DNA of 64,000 nucleotides, from assembly GCA_014584605.1 (NCBI GenBank), contig JACTMO010000053.1, forward strand, positions 89,792-153,791, in the 5' to 3' direction. Positions 57,301 through 64,000 of this stretch are shown piece by piece. A program made the translations under genes and the position numbers. The notes under the pieces were generated by a model that worked only from the letters and a program-made list of their open reading frames with translations, was not told where the DNA came from and made no database searches. Position 1 is the first letter of the stretch, and each line of letters starts with the position of its first letter. This DNA is from Bacteroidota bacterium. Lineage in GTDB: Bacteria; Bacteroidota; Bacteroidia; Flavobacteriales_F; PHOS-HE28.

Positions 57301-57912
57301 TCAGGGCTTCACGGGCCGCGGTCGGTCGTCCCCGGCCAGGGTCCAGCCGCCGTTCTCCACCACGGCGCGCAGCACCACCAGGAACTCCTCCTTCTGCTTG
57401 GCGGCGGCTTCGAAGAGCCCGCTCTGCGGCAGCCGTTGCTCGATGCGGGCCTTGGCCTGGGCCTGCATGCGGGTGTGGTCCGCGGCGCTGAAATCGGCGA
57501 AGGCCCCCTCCTGCAGGTCGAAATACTTCACGTCGTGCTCCAGGGCCAGGAGCTTCGGTGCGTCCATGCCGGTGAGGCGCACCGTGCGCGTGGCCTCGTC
57601 GAAGGAGAGCCCCAGCCCGTCCAGGTCGTAGCCCACCGAGGCGCGGGCCTTCACCAGCAGGATGGCCTGCTTGCGGTTCCAGCCCATGTTCCTGGTCCAG
57701 TCGAACCACGCCGCGCTGTTGTCGCTGTAGGTGAACACTTCGCTGAGGTCGCCCTCCACCGTCACCAGCTTCAGCACCGGGCGGATGCGCTCCAGCAACA
57801 CGGTCTCCGTCACCTGTTCGGCCGGTGCGTCGGGCCGGTACGCCTCGCGGGTGAGGAAGAAGACCAGCAGGGCCACGCCCAACAGGAGCAGGAGACCGGT
57901 GGTGCGTTTCAT
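57301..57912 (-). CDS. DUF4230-domain protein (N-terminal TM anchor)
   Basis: 'MKRTTGLLLLLGVALLVFFLTRE' anchor followed by a soluble DUF4230-like domain. Its 5' end and upstream region are duplicated at 59854-59995. Confidence 0.6.
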   Translation of the reverse strand: MKRTTGLLLLLGVALLVFFLTREAYRPDAPAEQVTETVLLERIRPVLKLVTVEGDLSEVFTYSDNSAAWFDWTRNMGWNRKQAILLVKARASVGYDLDGLGLSFDEATRTVRLTGMDAPKLLALEHDVKYFDLQEGAFADFSAADHTRMQAQAKARIEQRLPQSGLFEAAAKQKEEFLVVLRAVVENGGWTLAGDDRPRPVKP

Positions 57913-57953
57913 GGTGCGGTGGCAAAGGTGGCACGGCGGCGCCGTAAGTCGCC
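57812..57953. repeat. Direct repeat copy 1 (~140 bp; the central ~100 bp is near-identical to 59854-59995)
   Basis: Aligned by eye: 57850-57950 versus 59892-59992 differ at 1-2 positions, and the flanks are more diverged. Covers the DUF4230 start codon, about 33 codons of coding sequence, and ~40 bp upstream. Confidence 0.7.
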
Positions 57954-57984
57954 TCTGAGCTGCCGTTGCCCGTTCTGACCGGTT

Positions 57985-58012
57985 GGTTGTGGATCACACA
58001 AGGTAGTTTCAT
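57985..58012 (+). promoter_or_regulatory. Candidate Bacteroidota-type promoter (TTG ... TAGTTTCA) upstream of the low-GC T9SS gene
   Basis: 'GGTTGTGGATCACACAAGGTAGTTTCATCACGG' resembles the -33 TTTG / -7 TAnnTTTG architecture, about 25 nt upstream of ATG 58033. Confidence 0.3.
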
Positions 58013-58032
58013 CACGGTAAGCTCCTGATCCC

Positions 58033-59814
58033 ATGAAGACAACGCAGACTTTGGCCGTGTCAATGGCCCTGGGCTCTCTATCATCCATGGCACAGAGCTT
58101 CGATCACTTGGATGCGAACATGATCCGGGCCCGATTCACGGCCCATGGCATGATCGGGCTTGATCGGAGCGTTGGCGAGCCGGATTTTGAGGTGCCCGTT
58201 GGAAGCGGGGCCCATGCGTTGTTCGCAGCCTCAATGTGGGTGGGTGGGTACGATACGCTTGGCAGCTTGCATCTTGCTGGCCTGCTGTTCGACCAGAACG
58301 GGCTGCCCGACTACGCCCCAGGACCGCTTACAACGGACGGCAGCGCATCGATCACTCCGGCCGTGTCAGCCCAGTATGATCAAGTGTTCAAGGTCAAAGC
58401 CGTGGATGTTGCCCTGCACCAGGCCTACTACGATTGTTTGAACACGCCAGGATGCGATGTCAATGTTCAGTTCCCCGGGTATGTGATACCCCAGAGTTTT
58501 CTTGACTGGCCAGGGAACGGTGACACCTTGGCTGGTCAGGCCGCCCGGTTGGCGCCATTCATCGATCTTGATGGTGACGGGCTGTATGAGCCGACCGCCG
58601 GTGATGCACCATGCATCCACGGGGATGAAGCACTCTATTTCATGTTCAATGATGTGCTGAACCCGCATGGCACGGGCGGTGCTCCCCTTGGTATCGAGGT
58701 CCATGCCATGCCCTTCGCATTCTATTCCGCCAACGAGGCACTCGCGCACACGCTCTTCATCAAGTACCGGCTCATCAATCGAAGCGATGACTCCTTTGAA
58801 ATGGTCCGCATTGGTCTGTTCACTGACTATGACCTTGGATATGGTCGTGATGACTACGTGGGCTCTGATCCCGGAAGGAATCTCGGCTACGTGTACAACG
58901 CGGATACGCTGGATGAAACGACATCAACCTATACCGGATATGGGTCGATGCCACCCGCTTTTGGGACAACGCAGCTCAAAGGTCCGTTCCTGGAGCCTGA
59001 TGGGTTTGACGATCCCGAAGGACCGGGTATACCCGCTTTCAATGGCTCTGGTTTTGGTGACCTGGTGGTCGACAATGAACGTCATGGTGTCGCGTACATG
59101 ACCTACTTCAGCAATGACGCCACCGCCCGAGGCAATCCGAATACAGCCGAACAGTTCTTCGGTTATCTGAGCGGGTACTGGCGCGACGGAACACCGCTCT
59201 TCCATGGAGGCACTGGGCATTACTCCGATCCCGAGGCCACGACCGTTCCAGCGCGCTTTGCATTTCCAAGTTCTGAAGACCCACTTGGAGCGGGAACAGG
59301 TGGTCAGGTGATGGCTCCATGGGCGGAGCATTCATCAGGCAATCAACCGAGGGATAGGCGGATGGTCATGTCGGCCGGACCCGTGGAGCTGGATGCCGGA
59401 GAGGAGATCGAACTTGTCTACGCGTTCGTGTTCGCCCGCCCAGGATCCAATGGGCTGATGAGCAGCGTTCTGCGGCTACAGGAAAGGGTGGATTCGGTAC
59501 AGGCTTTTTACAATGATCTGCCGGAGGCGTGCAACGGAGCGGGATCTCAGGTGGGTTTGGAGGAACACACAGACCGTGGACCAATCGTATTTCCCGTTCC
59601 GGCCGAAGATCGTCTGACCTTAAGGCTTGAGGTCCCCGGTCCAGTGGAATTGGTCGTGTACGATATGCTCGGCGTGGAGTGCTCGAGAGGGCGCGATACC
59701 GGGGATCTGATCCAGATCGACCTTTCGGAGCTTGGTCAAGGCTCGTATCTGTTGCATGTTGCTCAAGGCGAGGTGAGCCATGTTGTTCCGTTCATGAAGA
59801 TCACGACCAGATAG
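58033..59814 (+). CDS. Secreted T9SS type-A CTD protein of unknown function, with markedly lower GC than its surroundings
   Basis: Signal peptide 'MKTTQTLAVSMALGSLSSMAQS'. C-terminal 'IVFPVPAEDRLTLRLEVPGPVELVVYDMLG...GSYLLHVAQGEVSHVVPFMKITTR'. Third-codon positions are visibly less G/C-rich (~55% GC by eye versus ~70% for flanking genes). Confidence 0.7.
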   Translation: MKTTQTLAVSMALGSLSSMAQSFDHLDANMIRARFTAHGMIGLDRSVGEPDFEVPVGSGAHALFAASMWVGGYDTLGSLHLAGLLFDQNGLPDYAPGPLTTDGSASITPAVSAQYDQVFKVKAVDVALHQAYYDCLNTPGCDVNVQFPGYVIPQSFLDWPGNGDTLAGQAARLAPFIDLDGDGLYEPTAGDAPCIHGDEALYFMFNDVLNPHGTGGAPLGIEVHAMPFAFYSANEALAHTLFIKYRLINRSDDSFEMVRIGLFTDYDLGYGRDDYVGSDPGRNLGYVYNADTLDETTSTYTGYGSMPPAFGTTQLKGPFLEPDGFDDPEGPGIPAFNGSGFGDLVVDNERHGVAYMTYFSNDATARGNPNTAEQFFGYLSGYWRDGTPLFHGGTGHYSDPEATTVPARFAFPSSEDPLGAGTGGQVMAPWAEHSSGNQPRDRRMVMSAGPVELDAGEEIELVYAFVFARPGSNGLMSSVLRLQERVDSVQAFYNDLPEACNGAGSQVGLEEHTDRGPIVFPVPAEDRLTLRLEVPGPVELVVYDMLGVECSRGRDTGDLIQIDLSELGQGSYLLHVAQGEVSHVVPFMKITTR

Positions 59815-59844
59815 GGAAGATCATCATGCAACCGAGGATCCGGT

Positions 59845-59955
59845 TCACCCCTCCACCTCCTCGGCCGGTGGCGCGGGCCGGTACACCTCGCGGGTGATGA
59901 AGAAGACCAGCAGGGCCACGCCCAACAGGAGCAGGAGACCGGTGGTGCGTTTCAT
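59845..59955 (-). pseudogene. Truncated duplicate of the DUF4230 N-terminus (36 codons), inside direct repeat copy 2
   Basis: Encodes 'MKRTTGLLLLLGVALLVFFITREVYRPAPPAEEVEG*', compared with the intact gene's 'MKRTTGLLLLLGVALLVFFLTREAYRPDAPAEQVTE...'. Confidence 0.5.
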
Positions 59956-59995
59956 GGTGCGGTGGCAAAGGTGGAACGGCGGCGCCGATACCTTT
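59854..59995. repeat. Direct repeat copy 2
   Basis: See copy 1. Confidence 0.7.
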
Positions 59996-60000
59996 GGCCG

Positions 60001-60597
60001 ATGCGCCACGGATGGCTGTTCTCCACGTGCGTCGTGGGTCTTCTGTTGGCCGGATGCGGCGCAGCGTCCCGTGTGGACCTGGACACGCTGCGGACCATGG
60101 AGCACCGGCTCGCGGATGGCGCGGTCGTGGCGGGTCGATCGCTTTTCGGTGCGGGCCACACCTTGGTGCTGACCCTGGATCCCGAGTGCCCGCTCTGCCT
60201 GATGCACGCGCCCGAGCTGGCCACGCTGGTGCCCGATGATGGGCTGCACATCGTGGGGCTGTATGCGTCGCCCTACATTGTCCCCGACAGCGCGCGGGCC
60301 TTCGCCGAACGGAACGGGTTCCGCTTTCCGCAGGTGATGGACCCTGCGTGTGCGATCGCGCAGGCGTTGGATGCGGTGGTCACCCCCGAGGCGTTCCTCC
60401 TGGCGGCGGACGGCACGGTGCTGTACCGTGGCGCCATCGACGATCGCGCACAGCGGGCCGGGCGCAAGAAGCCCGAGGCCACCCGCCATCATCTGCGCGA
60501 TGCGCTCGCGGCCGTGCGGCGGGGTGAACGTCCTGCTGCGGCCCATGTGCGGGCCGTGGGCTGCTTTCTGGAATGCACGGAAGTGGAGGTGCCATGA
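60001..60597 (+). CDS. TlpA-like thiol-disulfide oxidoreductase / redoxin lipoprotein
   Basis: Lipobox 'WLFSTCVVGLLLAGCG'. 'TLVLTLDPECPLCLMHAPEL' is a CxxC thioredoxin-fold motif. ATG at 60001. Confidence 0.65.
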   Translation: MRHGWLFSTCVVGLLLAGCGAASRVDLDTLRTMEHRLADGAVVAGRSLFGAGHTLVLTLDPECPLCLMHAPELATLVPDDGLHIVGLYASPYIVPDSARAFAERNGFRFPQVMDPACAIAQALDAVVTPEAFLLAADGTVLYRGAIDDRAQRAGRKKPEATRHHLRDALAAVRRGERPAAAHVRAVGCFLECTEVEVP

Positions 60598-61988
60598 GGG
60601 AGATGGCCATCATCGTGGTCCTTGCGGCCTGGTTGGCCCTACTGCCCGGCTGTGGTCCGGTGGACCCGGTGGATGCGGTGACGGACCTGCCCGACACGGT
60701 GACCTTCGCCGACCACATCGCCCCGCTGGTGCGCAGCCATTGCATGCCGTGCCACAGCCCTGGGCATGCCGGCCCCTTCGCGCTCATCACCTACGGGGAT
60801 GTGCGGCGCAAGGCGCGCACCGTGGGGCATGTGACGCGCCAGCGGTTCATGCCGCCATGGCCGGCGGACACCACCTACAGCCGGTTCGTGGGCGAGCGGG
60901 TGCTCACGGCACGGCAGATCGCGCTCATCGGGAAATGGGTGGAGCAAGGCATGCCGCCGGGCGACACGGCTGCGCTGCCCCCGATGCCTGTTGTCCAGGA
61001 GGCCGGAGGGCTGGGCCCGCCGGACCTGGTGGTGCCGGTGTCGGGCACCTGCACCATCCCGGGCGATGGGCGGGACCGCTTCATCATCGCCAAGGCGCCC
61101 TTCGAGCTGGTGCGGGACACCTTCCTGCGGGCGGTGGCCTTCGTGCCGGGGAACCGCCGCCTGGTGCACCACATGAACGGCGCGCTCATCAACTACCCGG
61201 AAGGGGCCAAGGCCGACGTGTTCGCCGGGTCGGGACCGATCGACGCCGAGCAGCTGGGCGGTCCGCCGGCCTTCGCGCAACTGGGCCTGGCCAACGACGA
61301 TGGCAGCTGGCCGCCCCTGGTGCCCAGCGTGGTGAACTACCTCCCCGGCCTGGCACCGCTGGTGCTGCCCGAGGGACTGGGCGGTCTGTATCTGGCGCGC
61401 AAGGGCGCCTTCCTGCTGAACACGGTGCACTATGGCCCCAGCGACCGGGAGGCTACCGACCGGAGCAGCTTCCACCTGTGGTTCGCGCGCCGCGCGCCGG
61501 AACGCCCGTTGCAGGAGCTTGCCATGGGCAGCACGCACACCCCCGTGGTCCCACCGCTGCACCTGGAACCCGGCGAGGTGCGCACCTTCAGCACCCGGCT
61601 CACCGTGCCCAAGGCGATCAGCGTGCTGGCCGTGAACCCCCACATGCACCTGCTGGGCACCCGCTTCAAGGCCTATGCACTGCGCGGTGCGGACACCATC
61701 CCGCTGGTGCGCATCCTGGATTGGGATTTCCGCTGGCAGTACAGCTACACCTTCCGGCATCCGGTCCCGCTGCGTGCCGGGGATGTCCTCGTGGCCGAGG
61801 GCAGCTTCGACAACAGTGCGGAGAACCCGGACCAGCCCTTTGACCCCCCGCGCGAAGTGCAGGGCCGTGACAGCCGGTTCATGCGCACCACCGACGAGAT
61901 GTTCCAGTTCTTCGTCACCTATGTGGACTGGAGGGCGGGGGATGAGAGCCTGCCATTGAGTGCGGTCGATCCATCCGTCGGCAAGTGA
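60594..61988 (+). CDS. Lipoprotein with an N-terminal heme-c motif (CxxCH) and a PHM/DBH-like type-2 copper monooxygenase-like domain
   Basis: Lipobox 'LAAWLALLPGCG'. 'HCMPCHSPGHAGPF' (CxxCH). Candidate Cu ligands 'LVHHMNG' (HH), 'NPHMHLLG' (HxH) and 'TDEMFQF' (Met), in the order seen in peptidylglycine monooxygenase-like proteins. The start overlaps the upstream redoxin gene by 4 nt. Confidence 0.5.
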   Translation: MREMAIIVVLAAWLALLPGCGPVDPVDAVTDLPDTVTFADHIAPLVRSHCMPCHSPGHAGPFALITYGDVRRKARTVGHVTRQRFMPPWPADTTYSRFVGERVLTARQIALIGKWVEQGMPPGDTAALPPMPVVQEAGGLGPPDLVVPVSGTCTIPGDGRDRFIIAKAPFELVRDTFLRAVAFVPGNRRLVHHMNGALINYPEGAKADVFAGSGPIDAEQLGGPPAFAQLGLANDDGSWPPLVPSVVNYLPGLAPLVLPEGLGGLYLARKGAFLLNTVHYGPSDREATDRSSFHLWFARRAPERPLQELAMGSTHTPVVPPLHLEPGEVRTFSTRLTVPKAISVLAVNPHMHLLGTRFKAYALRGADTIPLVRILDWDFRWQYSYTFRHPVPLRAGDVLVAEGSFDNSAENPDQPFDPPREVQGRDSRFMRTTDEMFQFFVTYVDWRAGDESLPLSAVDPSVGK

Positions 61989-62064
61989 CGTACGGCGGCC
62001 GGGCGCACAGGACCGGCGACCCGTTGCGGTGCAGGCACGCGATGGCCCAGGGCGAGCCGGCGGC

Positions 62065-62979
62065 TCACGCCTGCGCCAGGGGATCCGGTCCGGTGACCTC
62101 GCTCGCACGCTTGCCGCGCTGCAGCCAGCCGTTGATGAAGAGGCAGCCGAGGATGAGGGCGAAGCCCAGGTAGGAACCCACGGTGAGCTTCTCCTCCGCG
62201 CCCCAGATGAGCAGCGCGAAGATGATGGTGTACACCGGCTCCAGGTTCACGGTGAGCATCACGGTGAAGGGGCTGAGCTGCCGCATGACCGCGATGCCGG
62301 CCACGAAGGCGAAGGTGGTGCACACCAGGCCCAGCAGCAGTTGGTAGATGATGTCGCTGGTCGGCAACTGCCAGAGCGCTGGCGCCAGATCACCCGTGAC
62401 AAGGCCGTAGAGCGCCAGGGCCGCCACCACGCTCAGCATCTCGTAGAAGCCGATGCGCAGGGCGTTGTCGCGCTGCACCAGCACCCCGTTCACCACGTTG
62501 AACCAGGCGCTGAGCAGGGCGCTGAGGGTGGCCACGGCGATGCCCAGGCGGTGCTGCACCTCCAGCCCGAAGATGAGCAGCAGGGCGGCCACCACCACGA
62601 TGCCCAGAACGACCTCGCTCACACGGATGCGGCGCTTGAACCAGAAGGGCTCCATGAGCGCAGTGAACACCGTGCTGGTGCTGAGGCAGGCGGCGGCGAT
62701 GCTGGCGGTGCTCAGCTTGATGGCGCCGTAGAAGGTGATCCAGTGCCCCAGGATGATGAGGCCCACCAGCAGGTAGTTCGCCAGGCCCGGGGTGCGCGGC
62801 GATAGGCTCCTGCGCGTGGCCAGCGCCACCACGGCAAGTCCCAACGCGCCGATCACCGTGCGCGTGTACACCAGGTGCAGGGTGGGCTGCTGGATCAGCT
62901 TGCCCAGGATGCCCGTGAAGCCCCACACGAACACCGTGACGTGCAGCAGCACGAGCGCATTGCGTTGGGCCTTGGGCAT
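62065..62979 (-). CDS. EamA/DMT-family transporter
   Basis: 10 TM helices in a duplicated 5+5 arrangement. Start at ATG 62977-62979 (MPKAQRNALVLLH). Confidence 0.8.
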   Translation of the reverse strand: MPKAQRNALVLLHVTVFVWGFTGILGKLIQQPTLHLVYTRTVIGALGLAVVALATRRSLSPRTPGLANYLLVGLIILGHWITFYGAIKLSTASIAAACLSTSTVFTALMEPFWFKRRIRVSEVVLGIVVVAALLLIFGLEVQHRLGIAVATLSALLSAWFNVVNGVLVQRDNALRIGFYEMLSVVAALALYGLVTGDLAPALWQLPTSDIIYQLLLGLVCTTFAFVAGIAVMRQLSPFTVMLTVNLEPVYTIIFALLIWGAEEKLTVGSYLGFALILGCLFINGWLQRGKRASEVTGPDPLAQA

Positions 62980-62984
62980 GGGGC

Positions 62985-63563
62985 TCAGTGCGCGTCGTCG
63001 TCCACCTTGGAGACCCCGCCGCTCACCACGAACTTCATCACGTCGGCCGCACGCGCATCGAGGGCCGTGACGTTGCTTGCCGGAACGATCACCAGGTTGC
63101 CGCTCCAGGCGAAGCTGTGCGGCATGTACACGGCGACCTTGCCCTTGGGCAGGCCCAGGTGCGCCAGGTCGTCCTCGGTGATGAAGCCGAGCCGCTCCAG
63201 GTCGCTGGCGGCCGAGAGGCGCACCAGCACCGGCCGGTCGAAGCGCCGCTTGTTGCCCACCACGGCCTCCACCAGGTCCTTGATCGCGCCATAGAAGGTC
63301 TTCAGGAAGGGGATGCGCTTGAGCACCTCCTCGCCGATCTCGGCCACGGGCTGGTAGAGGATGGTGCTGCCCAGCCAGCCGAAGAGGGTGAGGCCCACCA
63401 GCAGGGTGAGCAGACCCACGCCGGGGATGTCGATGGGGATGATGCCGTCCAGGAAGGCCAGGGCCTTCCACAGGGCCCAGATGAGCACGGTGGCCGGTAC
63501 CACCAGCAACAGGCCGCGCAGGAAGTAGCCCAGCAGGATACGGCCGATGCGGCGGGGGCCCAT
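62985..63563 (-). CDS. DUF502-domain membrane protein
   Basis: 'MGPRRIGRILLGYFLRGLLLVVPATVLIWAL...IPGVGLLTLLVGLTLFGWL' is the typical DUF502 N-terminal topology. ATG at 63561-63563. Confidence 0.7.
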   Translation of the reverse strand: MGPRRIGRILLGYFLRGLLLVVPATVLIWALWKALAFLDGIIPIDIPGVGLLTLLVGLTLFGWLGSTILYQPVAEIGEEVLKRIPFLKTFYGAIKDLVEAVVGNKRRFDRPVLVRLSAASDLERLGFITEDDLAHLGLPKGKVAVYMPHSFAWSGNLVIVPASNVTALDARAADVMKFVVSGGVSKVDDDAH

Positions 63564-63595
63564 GACGGGGCAAAGGTAACCGGCCGCCGGACCGG

Positions 63596-63943
63596 TCACG
63601 GAAGGTCGTCGCGCACCTTGCGGGGCAGGGCGGCGCGGACCCGATCGTGGCTGTGGCGGGCCATTTGCAACAGCAGGCGGTGGGGTACGCTGCCGTCGGT
63701 GCGCACCGTGTTCCAGTGGCGCTTGTTCAGGTGAGGGCCGGGGGTGATGCCGGGGTATCGTTCCCGCAGCTCGATGGTACGCTCGGGATCGCACTTCAGG
63801 TTCACGCTCCCGAAGCGGTCCACGTCCAACCGTGCGATGATGCGGCCGCCCACACGGAAGGCCAGCACGTCCGGTCCGAAGGGAGGGTCCTTGCTGAAAC
63901 CCGGCAGCCCGGCGCAGTACGCGCGGAACGCCGCGAGCGTCAT
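63596..63943 (-). CDS. MmcQ/YjbR-family protein
   Basis: 'MTLAAFRAYCAGLPG...FGPDVLAFRVGGRIIARL...LKCDPERTIELRERYPGITPGPHLNKRHWNTV' matches the MmcQ/YjbR fold. Confidence 0.7.
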   Translation of the reverse strand: MTLAAFRAYCAGLPGFSKDPPFGPDVLAFRVGGRIIARLDVDRFGSVNLKCDPERTIELRERYPGITPGPHLNKRHWNTVRTDGSVPHRLLLQMARHSHDRVRAALPRKVRDDLP

Positions 63944-64000
63944 GGCAGCAGCGCGTAGAGCAGAGGGCGGCTGGGGGCGGCGTCGTTGATCCAGTGGGCC

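Noticed and set aside
1-64000. CRISPR arrays, rRNA genes, transposases/integrases, and additional tRNAs
   Set aside because: No short regularly spaced direct repeats. No rRNA-like conserved blocks. No transposase or integrase motifs (DDE, tyrosine recombinase R..HxxR..Y) in any frame. Only one cloverleaf (tRNA-Cys) found by eye.

Overview
High-GC (~68-70%) chromosomal segment, most likely from a Bacteroidota-type genome. The basis is sequence-level: T9SS type-A and type-B (gliding-motility) C-terminal sorting domains, a LytS/LytTR two-component pair, frequent ATGA stop/start overlaps, and no obvious Shine-Dalgarno sequences. About 50 genes are supported. Housekeeping genes: gltX, folB, tRNA-Cys, recO, ptrB, pdxA, pepA, ribE, metF, purD, purQ, dnaG, xseA/xseB, ybeY, an ispB-like prenyl synthase, a CDF transporter and an EamA transporter. 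They are interleaved with an unusually dense set of T9SS cargo (10 CTD-bearing proteins in 64 kb). Main findings: (1) an ECF sigma / anti-sigma pair whose single-pass anti-sigma-like protein ends in a T9SS type-B CTD; it heads a minus-strand operon with two giant tandem paralogous NIDO-like/PKD adhesin-type T9SS proteins. (2) A ~1.9 kb lower-GC T9SS cargo gene sits between ~140-bp direct repeats that duplicate the 5' end and upstream region of a DUF4230 gene. (3) Paired direct repeats (CCGCCGGATCCTCG, 20-21 bp periodicity) lie upstream of two secreted/outer-membrane protein genes immediately downstream of a LytTR response regulator. (4) A heme-c (CxxCH) / copper-monooxygenase-like lipoprotein is fused next to a TlpA-like redoxin. 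Many long antisense ORFs in the six-frame track are GC-content artefacts and were not called. No CRISPR array, rRNA, transposase or integrase was seen. Coordinates that I read from the raw sequence rather than from the ORF track may be off by 1-2 nt.
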